Below, in pieces: positions 18,591 to 26,436 of a DNA stretch of 64,000 bases; position 1 is the stretch's first letter; every line of letters starts with the position of its first letter. The notes under the pieces are model-generated. The model ran no database searches. It saw nothing but the letters and a program-made list of their open reading frames with translations, and was not told the origin of the DNA. Source of the DNA: a virus; the IMG/VR virus record IMGVR_UViG_3300036981_000286, positions 1-64,000 of that record. The stretch is one strand, 5' to 3'. The position numbers and the translations under genes are program-made.

Positions 18591-19322
18591 ATGGCTAAGT
18601 CCAAACGATCAGCGTACAAATCGAGCCGCGGCGCACAACGAAAAACTACACGACAAGAAAAAAAGGAAAAAACGCAGCAAGCTATTATTGCGCCAATAGA
18701 AGTTAAGCCGCGCACTAAAGCGCAGCATGAAGCGCTAAAGTTAATTGAGAAAAATCACATTACGTTTTTGCTCGGCTCAGCTGGTTCCGGCAAAACGTTT
18801 CTAGCGATGGCGTACGCTATTAATGAGATTCTTGCGGGCACGCGTAACAAGATCGTGCTCACGCGACCTATCGTCGAGGCCGGCGAGAAACTAGGGTTTC
18901 TTCCGGGCACGTTTGGCGACAAGGTAAACCCGTACATGCAACCGCTGTACGACACAATGGATTTGCTTCTGGGCAAGCAATCCGCTGCCCGAGAGTTTGT
19001 TAATCGATCTATTATGTTGGCGCCGTTGTGCTACATGCGGGGCCGTACATTCCACGACGCCGTCTGTATCTTCGACGAAGCGCAAAACGCGACGTACACG
19101 CAATTAAAGCTGTTTCTCAGCCGTTTTGGCGATAATACCAAAGTGATCGTAACAGGTGACCCTGAACAAAGCGATCTATTTGATAAAGCGCATTACGACT
19201 ATTGTGCGTTAAGTGAAGTTCAGAAAAGACTGCAGGAATTAGACGGGGTAGGCATGATGGAGTTCGCCAACAGTGACGTTGTGCGCCATCCGCTAATTAC
19301 GCAGATTTTGAACCGCCTCTAG
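18591..19322 (+). CDS. phoH: PhoH family ATPase
   Basis: GSAGSGKT, TRPIVEAGEKLGFLPG, MRGRTF, DEAQN, GDPEQSD, VVRHPL. Confidence 0.95.
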   Translation: MAKSKRSAYKSSRGAQRKTTRQEKKEKTQQAIIAPIEVKPRTKAQHEALKLIEKNHITFLLGSAGSGKTFLAMAYAINEILAGTRNKIVLTRPIVEAGEKLGFLPGTFGDKVNPYMQPLYDTMDLLLGKQSAAREFVNRSIMLAPLCYMRGRTFHDAVCIFDEAQNATYTQLKLFLSRFGDNTKVIVTGDPEQSDLFDKAHYDYCALSEVQKRLQELDGVGMMEFANSDVVRHPLITQILNRL

Positions 19323-19407
19323 TATTGCACACTTGTGTAAGTGCCGTTACACTTGGCGCTCTGTAAAGATTGCCTTGCACAACTACGGCCCTACGCCCGA
19401 GGTAACC

Positions 19408-19878
19408 ATGTCAGTCGAGTTACTGCAAAAGTTAAACGACGCGCTTGAGCAAGAACGTAAGCATTTAGGTTTTTATCTTTACCATACTAGCGCTGTTACT
19501 GGCCTGCACGCGCAAGAGTACAGCGAGTTTTTGTTTGAGCAGGCTAAGAGCGAGCTTGAGCACGTAAAGCAGTTTCAAGACCTATTATTAGGCCTTGGAG
19601 CCTCGCTATCGCTCGGCTCCAAGGCCTTTCCGGTGTATGAAGACATCAAGTACATCATGTCATACGCGCTGCTGATAGAAGCAGAGGTCGTAGAGAATTA
19701 CACAGCTTTAATTGCCTCGTTAGATAGCGTACCGGTAGTTACGCTGACTACAGCTGACGGCGGTCCTCAGCCAGTTGGGCTTACGGCGGCAGACCTAAAA
19801 TGGATTGAGATATTTTTGGAAAAACAAATTGAGGACAGTCGGCAGGATTTAGATCGTATTAAACGGATTCTTACTTAG
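19408..19878 (+). CDS. Ferritin-like / bacterioferritin-like protein
   Basis: LNDALEQE...Y...ELEH...E.EVVENY...E four-helix di-iron pattern; start chosen at ATG after gaggt SD. Confidence 0.75.
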   Translation: MSVELLQKLNDALEQERKHLGFYLYHTSAVTGLHAQEYSEFLFEQAKSELEHVKQFQDLLLGLGASLSLGSKAFPVYEDIKYIMSYALLIEAEVVENYTALIASLDSVPVVTLTTADGGPQPVGLTAADLKWIEIFLEKQIEDSRQDLDRIKRILT

Positions 19879-19884
19879 TGAAGC

Positions 19885-20125
19885 ATTTCAGGAGAGCAGC
19901 AAGGATGGCGCGTAGTGCGACACATCTCCCTCACATCGGTGGCGCGCGCGAGTGATTCTTGTTGGTTCCGGCTGTACACATACAGCTGGAATTGCACGGC
20001 GTCGGATAAGCCGCCGTGCCGGACGTTGGTTGCTGGGTTCTAACGGTGTCCGACCGCCCCTTTCGCCCCTACGCAACACGAGCACAAGCAGGACGCGAGC
20101 GGTCCTGCTGCCAACGGTCCAGCCT
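19885..20125 (+). ncRNA. Candidate structured RNA upstream of tRNA-Ser
   Basis: Hairpins at 19966-19991, 19994-20019, 20088-20108; long-range pairing 20021-20029 with 20111-20120. Confidence 0.4.
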
Positions 20126-20134
20126 GTTTAAATT

Positions 20135-20221
20135 GGATGGGTGGCAGAGTGGTTTAATGCACCGGTCTTGAAAACCGATGAACTTTAACTTGTTCCGGGG
20201 GTTCGAATCCCTCCCCATCCG
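20135..20221 (+). tRNA. trnS: tRNA-Ser(TGA)
   Basis: Acceptor ggatggg/cccatcc, anticodon loop cttgaaa, long variable arm, T-loop gttcgaatc; CCA not encoded. Confidence 0.95.
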
Positions 20222-20282
20222 CATAGGTTGCGTTATTTTCTGTGTGCTTGTAAATTGACTGTACCTTTAAAGGAGCTTTTTT

Positions 20283-20618
20283 ATGGCTATGGACTATATC
20301 GTAGATATCACAACGTTGTTTGGCCAGAACGCGGCTATTACCGGAACTGGCGCCGCAGCTGAGCTGACGTATCGCCCGGCTGAAACCGGCAGCGGCTCAA
20401 ACTTCGGCAACCCCGAAACAGCTGCGCCAGAAGGCTTGTTACTGGCGCTTTTGCAAAAAGCGTTCGATGAGCAGCTGATTACTCTGACGCGTGCTATGGA
20501 AATTACTAAAAGCGCGATCATTTCTACTAAGGATGGCGTGCAGGTAAACGGCGAGCAGTACACAGTGCGGATCTTTTCGGGCACGGCTCTGGGCGCTCTT
20601 GATCCTGACGGGCTGTAA
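20283..20618 (+). CDS. Hypothetical protein
   Basis: SD aaggag; clean ORF. Confidence 0.7.
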   Translation: MAMDYIVDITTLFGQNAAITGTGAAAELTYRPAETGSGSNFGNPETAAPEGLLLALLQKAFDEQLITLTRAMEITKSAIISTKDGVQVNGEQYTVRIFSGTALGALDPDGL

Positions 20619-20620
20619 AC

Positions 20621-22132
20621 ATGTCTGCGCCAGTTTACGTAGCGTTTCATCACGGCCTAGGAGATTGCGCAAATTTTGCGCACCAAGTGCTGCTGTATCG
20701 CCGCCGCGGCGTTGATCTGGTGGTTGTGTGCGCAAAAAACAAACGCGCGGTCTTCGACGCCATCGGCGTTCCGACGCAACTAACTACAGAGAACGGGGCG
20801 GCTCGGCCGCATCCGTGGTACGAGCCTAACCGACACCGCGCGTTAGGTCCGGATGACTTTTTGGCTGAGAATAAAATTCGGCGAAATTTTTGCAGTCCGC
20901 CGATGCCTCCGCGCGTCAAAGCCACCACTGAGCTTTGGGACGAGTATCTCGAAAATCGCGACTTGCTAGCGTTTAAATCTTACGCCGAACGCGTGGCGCC
21001 AATTGTGGCCGATCTGCAGCGCCCAATTACGTTAATTCACGCGCAGGGCAACACGTCGGCGTCGGAAAAAAACATGCCGCCGGATATGGCTAGCGACATC
21101 GCGCGTATCTTGCTGTCAAACACGACCGGCTCCGTTATCTTTCTAGATTGGGATCACAGAACATCGTGGTTTCACTCTGCGCGCTCACGGCACATTTTGT
21201 ATCACTACGATCGTAAACTTACTGGCCCCGACGCGCTTGTTGGGTTGATCGGCCTTGCCGATTTAATAATTGGCGTAGATAGCGGTCCGTATCATCTGGC
21301 CGGCATGATTGACGCGCCGTCGTTGGGCGTGTGGTTCGGCCACAATCCGGCAAATTACGCTATTCCGCGCAAAAATTGCGTAAACATTGTTCGCAATCAA
21401 GTTGAATTAAATACAGCCAGCGCGCATATGTACAACACTGTGCCGCAGTCTGCGATTACTGCGGAGTACGTGGCGCAAGCAGCGCAGCTTATGCTCGCCC
21501 CGCCGCGCTGGATTGAGGCAAATCAGGCGCATGATGTACAGCTGCAGCTTTGCACAAAAAAGTGCGATGGCGGCGTATTAGGCGTTGCGCACGCGCCCAA
21601 CGTGCTTGTTGACCGCCACTTGAGTTTTGGCCTGATCTTCGACCATTTGGCCGCTCGTTGTCGCCCACCGGTCATGGTCGAGACGGGCTGTATACGTTCT
21701 GACAACGACTGGGCCGGCGCCGGGTACTCAACGTTTTTATTTGGTTTATTTGCGCAACGCCTAAAAGGCCGGCTGCTCAGCATCGATTTAAGCCTTACGC
21801 ACAGCGCGTATGCCGCCCGTATTTGCAAGAACCTCGCCGCAGTCACAACCAAGTGTGCCGACTCGTTGGTCGCGCTGCGAGAAATAAATGAGCCAGTAGA
21901 TCTGTGCTATCTCGACAGCATGGACACGTACGTCGCCGGCCATGAAGAGCACGGCCTCGCGGAAGCCCAACTCTGCGCTGATAAGGTAGCGCCCGGTGGT
22001 CTGATTGTATTTGACGACACGCTGTACGAAGGCGCGATGTGCCGCGGCAAGGGCGCGAAAGCCGTCCCGTGGCTGCTGAACAATGGGTGGCGTATTTTAT
22101 TCGCCGGCCATCAGGTAGTACTTACGCGTTAA
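20621..22132 (+). CDS. GT9 (heptosyltransferase-like) glycosyltransferase fused to class I SAM methyltransferase
   Basis: HGLGD and IIGVDSGPYHLA (GT9); MVETGC, YLDS, GGLIVFDD (Methyltransf_24-like). Confidence 0.8.
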   Translation: MSAPVYVAFHHGLGDCANFAHQVLLYRRRGVDLVVVCAKNKRAVFDAIGVPTQLTTENGAARPHPWYEPNRHRALGPDDFLAENKIRRNFCSPPMPPRVKATTELWDEYLENRDLLAFKSYAERVAPIVADLQRPITLIHAQGNTSASEKNMPPDMASDIARILLSNTTGSVIFLDWDHRTSWFHSARSRHILYHYDRKLTGPDALVGLIGLADLIIGVDSGPYHLAGMIDAPSLGVWFGHNPANYAIPRKNCVNIVRNQVELNTASAHMYNTVPQSAITAEYVAQAAQLMLAPPRWIEANQAHDVQLQLCTKKCDGGVLGVAHAPNVLVDRHLSFGLIFDHLAARCRPPVMVETGCIRSDNDWAGAGYSTFLFGLFAQRLKGRLLSIDLSLTHSAYAARICKNLAAVTTKCADSLVALREINEPVDLCYLDSMDTYVAGHEEHGLAEAQLCADKVAPGGLIVFDDTLYEGAMCRGKGAKAVPWLLNNGWRILFAGHQVVLTR

Positions 22133-22133
22133 C

Positions 22134-23117
22134 ATGACAACACCGCAAAAACTGATTCTAAAAAATTTCCAGAGCCCCGGCGACATAGTAATGCTACTGT
22201 ACGCCATCGCAAGCTTGCACGAATCCAATCCGGGCAAGTTTATTACTGATGTGCGCACACCCGCGCGCGAGATATTTGACGGCTGCAAATTTATCACGCC
22301 GCTGGATGACGCAGATCCAGAGGTCACAGTGATGCGGTGCGATTATCCTGCTATTCACCGCAGCAACACGCATCCGGTAAGGTTTTCGACAGCCTTCGGC
22401 GAGTTCTTAGCCGAGCGCCTTGGCGTGACAATTAAACCGACACGGTTCCACAGTTTAATTAACATTACAGACGCTGAGCAATCTTGGCTGTCTGCGGTAC
22501 ACGAGATCGTCGGGCGAGACGTGCCGTATTGGATAATCAACGCGGGACACAAACAAGATTTTACCGCTAAAGCTTGGGCGTTTTATCGGTATCAAGAACT
22601 TGTGGACAAATTCCCTGACGTGTGGTTTGTGCAGGTAGGTGCAAACGAGCACATTCATCCAACGCTAGCCGGCAAGAACGTAATTAACATGGTCGGAAAG
22701 ACTGACACGCGGCAGCTTATTCGTCTTGTTTATCATAGTTTTGGGGTTATTAGCGGCGTTAGCTTTCCTATGCATTTATCGTATGCCGTTCCGCCGCACC
22801 CGCGATTTAAGCGCAAGTCCCGTGCAAGCATTGTTATTGCGGGCGGCCGCGAACCGGCACACTGGGAGCACGGGCCGGATCAGCAATTTTTACACACGTG
22901 CGGCATGCTGCCCTGCTGCGATCAGGGCGGCTGCTGGAAAAGTCGCGTTATCCCGCTAGGCGACGGCGACAGCAAAGACAAGAGTTTATGCCTGTCGCCC
23001 GTCATGCTTGAAGACGGGCAGTGGATTGCGCAGTGCATGTTCATGATCGAGGTTGATGATGTAGCGCGCATTATCTCTCGATATATGGATAACTTGGAAT
23101 ACGAGCCTAAAAAATGA
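22134..23117 (+). CDS. GT9-like glycosyltransferase
   Basis: QSPGDIVML, TAKAW...YQELV, FVQVG, NMVGKT, SFPMHL. Confidence 0.8.
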   Translation: MTTPQKLILKNFQSPGDIVMLLYAIASLHESNPGKFITDVRTPAREIFDGCKFITPLDDADPEVTVMRCDYPAIHRSNTHPVRFSTAFGEFLAERLGVTIKPTRFHSLINITDAEQSWLSAVHEIVGRDVPYWIINAGHKQDFTAKAWAFYRYQELVDKFPDVWFVQVGANEHIHPTLAGKNVINMVGKTDTRQLIRLVYHSFGVISGVSFPMHLSYAVPPHPRFKRKSRASIVIAGGREPAHWEHGPDQQFLHTCGMLPCCDQGGCWKSRVIPLGDGDSKDKSLCLSPVMLEDGQWIAQCMFMIEVDDVARIISRYMDNLEYEPKK

Positions 23118-23548
23118 CTCCGCATAGGACGCTGGTTTTTGCGCTTGATTTTGATTGCACGTTTACAGCTGATATTGAATTTTGGCGGCTTTTCGTGCAC
23201 CTCTGTGTTGTACGCGGGCATCGTGTGTGGGTGCTCACTGCGCGGCACGATACGCCAGAGAACCACGCACAACTTGACGACGTTATTGGCGCGCAAACGC
23301 TAACGCTTATCTCCGGCACTATTTTTTCTAATCACAAGCCAAAACGAGCTGTTGCCGAAGAGCGCGACATAAAAATCGACATTTGGATTGACGACCTGCC
23401 GGAGTTTGTTGGCGACGCTAGCCAAACAGTCTTAGACCACATTAAATCGCGGCAATCCATTACTGAGACGTTGCCCGTGTTTTCGCCCGGCGCTGTAGAC
23501 CCAGCAGCTATTTGGGCGCCTAAATTACCAACACTGGGCGTTAATTAA
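23114..23548 (+). CDS. HAD-superfamily hydrolase
   Basis: ALDFDCT, VLTAR, K, IWIDD motifs I-IV. Confidence 0.8.
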   Translation: MTPHRTLVFALDFDCTFTADIEFWRLFVHLCVVRGHRVWVLTARHDTPENHAQLDDVIGAQTLTLISGTIFSNHKPKRAVAEERDIKIDIWIDDLPEFVGDASQTVLDHIKSRQSITETLPVFSPGAVDPAAIWAPKLPTLGVN

Positions 23549-23634
23549 TTTCTAAACCGCTGCTTAAAAGGTTAAATTGATATTAGCGGTTAGTTTGATC
23601 TAGCCGCGCCTACAGCACTGAAAGGACTCAGTGT

Positions 23635-24261
23635 ATGGAAAAGCGCTGGCATTATGTTTACGTTATTTTGTATCCCGCGTTGGACTACAAATTTTATTAC
23701 GGGTCACGCATAACCGACGTGAGCCCAGCGGCGGACGTTGAGTATTTTGGCTCATTAGTCACGTTCGCGCACTACAACGACGTAAAGGACGCTGAATATC
23801 AGGCAGACGCCTTAAAAGTCGTGCTGCACGCGGAGTACAGGGCTGTTTCCCGCACTAGTTTGCGGCGGCTTGCGGTGCGGGAAAATACGCTAATTAAAGA
23901 AGCATTGGAAGCCAGCCACGTCGGGCCTGCAGTCTGTATAAATCGCAATATTGGCGGTCGCATATACGCGACAACGGACGAGCGACGGCAGTGGGGCGCG
24001 CTTGGCGGTAAAAAGGCGGCAGCCTCGTGCTTAGGCGCTCACGCGCTTGTTTATGACCACAGAGGGCAACCGCAAAAACTTGGCGCAGCCATGGCGCAAG
24101 CGCAACAATCCAAAACTTTTAAATTTTTGGATCCAACTGGTAATACGCAGACCGTGCACAATTTAAGAGAATTTTGCCGCGAAAATAACTTAGACCAAGC
24201 CCACATGTGCTGCGTGCATCGCGGCTCGCGAAAAAGCCACAAAGGATGGTCTAAACCATGA
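23635..24261 (+). CDS. Homing-endonuclease-like protein (GIY-YIG variant + NUMOD-type DNA-binding tail)
   Basis: YVY...FYYGSR...YFGS N-terminus; FLDPTG...NLREFCRENNL...KSHKGW C-terminus. Confidence 0.65.
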   Translation: MEKRWHYVYVILYPALDYKFYYGSRITDVSPAADVEYFGSLVTFAHYNDVKDAEYQADALKVVLHAEYRAVSRTSLRRLAVRENTLIKEALEASHVGPAVCINRNIGGRIYATTDERRQWGALGGKKAAASCLGAHALVYDHRGQPQKLGAAMAQAQQSKTFKFLDPTGNTQTVHNLREFCRENNLDQAHMCCVHRGSRKSHKGWSKP

Positions 24262-24566
24262 CGATAAACCTTATCGTATTTTTAGGTATTTTGGGTAGTT
24301 TTGTACTTGGCTATCTTGTTGGGCGCGTAGATAAAATAGCTGGCGCGTTGCAGTCTAATACACAACAGCCCGCTAGCTTTCTAAAGGCGGCTAAAACGTC
24401 AGCTGCAGTAAAAGCAGCTGTAAATATTGACGACACCAAATACGTAGCGCCAATTCGGACGGACGGTTTAGCTAAAACGCAAGATACCGCTATTGGCAAA
24501 ACTACGACAACACAGGATGATATTCAAACCTCGGTTTCTAAACTCGCTCAGTTAAAGGGCAAATAA
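24258..24566 (+). CDS. Single-pass membrane protein coupled to the actin-like gene
   Basis: N-terminal TM helix; stop lies 1 nt before the next ATG. Confidence 0.7.
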   Translation: MTINLIVFLGILGSFVLGYLVGRVDKIAGALQSNTQQPASFLKAAKTSAAVKAAVNIDDTKYVAPIRTDGLAKTQDTAIGKTTTTQDDIQTSVSKLAQLKGK

Positions 24567-24567
24567 T

Positions 24568-25572
24568 ATGGCAAAAGGTTTAGACGTTGGTACATCGTTC
24601 ATTGTCCTCGCGAAAGACGGCGCAGAGGGCAACGTGGACTACAAAGACTTTCGCGACGCGTTTTACGCAATTAAGCCGACCACGCCAGTCGCTACCAAAA
24701 TGATTGAAAAGGGGCTTGCCGGCAAAGTATTCGTAAAAGACGAGGACGGTACCTTTATTCTGCTCGGGCAGGACGCAATCGAGAAAGCCGTTGAGCGCAA
24801 TGACTCGGCTAAGCGCCCGATGTACCGCGGCGTTGTTAGCCCTAAAGAAAAAGACGCAAAACGCGTATTAGCTTTTATTCTGCAAGAAGTCGTGGGCAAA
24901 GCCGACGAGGCGGACGAAAAGATCGTGTTCTGTATTCCGGCGCAACCCGTGGATCAAGAAGACACAGATTTTGACGTTGGGTACCACGAAGACGTCGTTA
25001 AGCTTATTTTGTCTGGGGCCGGCTATCTTGCGCGGGCTATTAACGAAGCTGAGGCGCTGTGCTACTCAGAATTTGAAAACGACGATTACACCGGTATTGG
25101 CTTATCCTTCGGCGCCGGTATGGTAAATGTATGCGTAATGCTTAGCGGCGAGCCTACTGTGATGTTTTCGACAACCAAATCCGGCGACTGGGTTGATCGA
25201 ATGTCGGCCGTGGCTGTTAACGAGCCTGATAGCGTTGTGCAGGCGGAAAAAGAGCACGGCGTGTTTCAAGTAGGCGAGCCAAACGAAAATCACATTTTGG
25301 CTGCTGTGTCGGCGTATTACGACCGACTGATTGACTACACCACAAAGCAACTTGCCGCGGCGCTAACCGGGCACAAGTCACTACCAAAGTTTAAAGATCC
25401 GCTACCTATTGCCGTAGCGGGCGGAACATCAAAAGCTGCAGGTTTTGTTAAATTATTTGCCGAAAAACTGGCTGCAAATGGGTTCCCGCTGGCCGTTAAA
25501 GAAGTTAGGCATGCAGCGGATCCGCTTCACGCAGTTGCCAGAGGCTGTTTGATTGCCGCGAAAATTTTGTAA
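24568..25572 (+). CDS. Actin-like ATPase (MreB/MamK/ParM superfamily)
   Basis: GLDVGTS (phosphate 1), INEAEA (connect 1), SFGAGMVN (phosphate 2), VAGGTS (adenosine), DPLHAVARG (connect 2). Confidence 0.85.
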   Translation: MAKGLDVGTSFIVLAKDGAEGNVDYKDFRDAFYAIKPTTPVATKMIEKGLAGKVFVKDEDGTFILLGQDAIEKAVERNDSAKRPMYRGVVSPKEKDAKRVLAFILQEVVGKADEADEKIVFCIPAQPVDQEDTDFDVGYHEDVVKLILSGAGYLARAINEAEALCYSEFENDDYTGIGLSFGAGMVNVCVMLSGEPTVMFSTTKSGDWVDRMSAVAVNEPDSVVQAEKEHGVFQVGEPNENHILAAVSAYYDRLIDYTTKQLAAALTGHKSLPKFKDPLPIAVAGGTSKAAGFVKLFAEKLAANGFPLAVKEVRHAADPLHAVARGCLIAAKIL

Positions 25573-25591
25573 ATTTCTGTTAAACTTAACG

Positions 25592-25811
25592 TGTTGTAAG
25601 TTAGTCGTGGTGGCCGACTGGTTAGGGAAGCAGCTCGTACAACAGGGATGTTTTACGGGCTGACAGGAATCCGTGGTCAGGCTTTGGCCGCGCTCACGGT
25701 TGGTGGAGCAATGAATGCCGCACGAGGTTGAGTTTACGCCTTAGAAAGTCATTGCATGCCTCGTTTCGACGAGGTCCGGGCCTGTGGAGGGGATCACAGG
25801 AGCTTACAACA
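25592..25811 (+). ncRNA. Candidate ~220-nt structured, GGA-rich small RNA
   Basis: 11-bp closing stem 25592-25602/25801-25811 enclosing several hairpins, including aac-agggat-gtt and cctcgt-ttcg-acgagg. Confidence 0.55.
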
Positions 25812-25851
25812 AATACACACACAAATTTTACATAACTTACTAGGTAGCAAC

Positions 25852-26202
25852 GTGTTAGACGAATATTTTCATTCGTTAGCTGTGTTTGCCAGCGCATTCG
25901 GGGTCGCGGCCTTTGCCGGGCTAGCGACATTTTTGCGTTTCGCCCGAAAACTCTCTAAACTGGCGTTAATAAGCGCGATGTTAAACGCCGGGTTTCTCGG
26001 CCTAGCCGTCGCACTTTTGTGGTATCAAAACTACCGAAACGCCGAAAATGTAAGTGGCTTAATTGGGATATGCGTATTAGCGGGTATGGGCGGATCAACT
26101 GTTACTGACATTTTAATTTCTATCCTGTCTGGCGCTGGAATTAAAGTAATTATTCACCACGAGCGAGATCGCGATGACACACTCCGTAACGATGACGCTT
26201 GA
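25852..26202 (+). CDS. Holin-like three-TM membrane protein
   Basis: Three TM helices, GMGG motif, charged C-terminus; GTG 25852 preferred because the track's extension overlaps the RNA candidate. Confidence 0.55.
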   Translation: MLDEYFHSLAVFASAFGVAAFAGLATFLRFARKLSKLALISAMLNAGFLGLAVALLWYQNYRNAENVSGLIGICVLAGMGGSTVTDILISILSGAGIKVIIHHERDRDDTLRNDDA

Positions 26203-26356
26203 TCAGCGCTGCCGGCTTAGCCTTGTAGCGTGGTTTTTAGCCGCTGTTTGTGCGCTTGGTTTGTTGTTTGCCGCCAGCGCCGCCGTTAGTAGCCAATCCC
26301 AAGACATCCAAACACACGATTTTAATTACAGCAGCCATAACAATACAGCTGCGTAA
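26192..26356 (+). CDS. Small membrane protein
   Basis: Single TM helix; overlaps the upstream stop. Confidence 0.45.
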   Translation: MTLDQRCRLSLVAWFLAAVCALGLLFAASAAVSSQSQDIQTHDFNYSSHNNTAA

Positions 26357-26359
26357 TTT

Positions 26360-26431
26360 TGCCCGATGGCGCAACGGTAGCGCGGAGCACTGTTAATGCT
26401 TAGGTTCTAGGTTCGAATCCTAGTCGGGCAG
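26360..26431 (+). tRNA. trnN: tRNA-Asn(GTT)
   Basis: Acceptor tgcccga/tcgggca, anticodon stem gagca/tgctt with loop ctgttaa, T-arm ctagg-ttcgaat-cctag. Confidence 0.95.
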
Positions 26432-26436
26432 CTGGA

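Noticed and set aside
20135-20221. Suppressor or selenocysteine tRNA / genetic-code reassignment
   Set aside because: Anticodon TGA reads UCA (Ser); genes are intact in the standard code and all three stop codons are used
23635-24261. Group I intron hosting the endonuclease-like gene
   Set aside because: Flanking genes look complete, the ORF has its own RBS, and no intron core is evident; treated as free-standing
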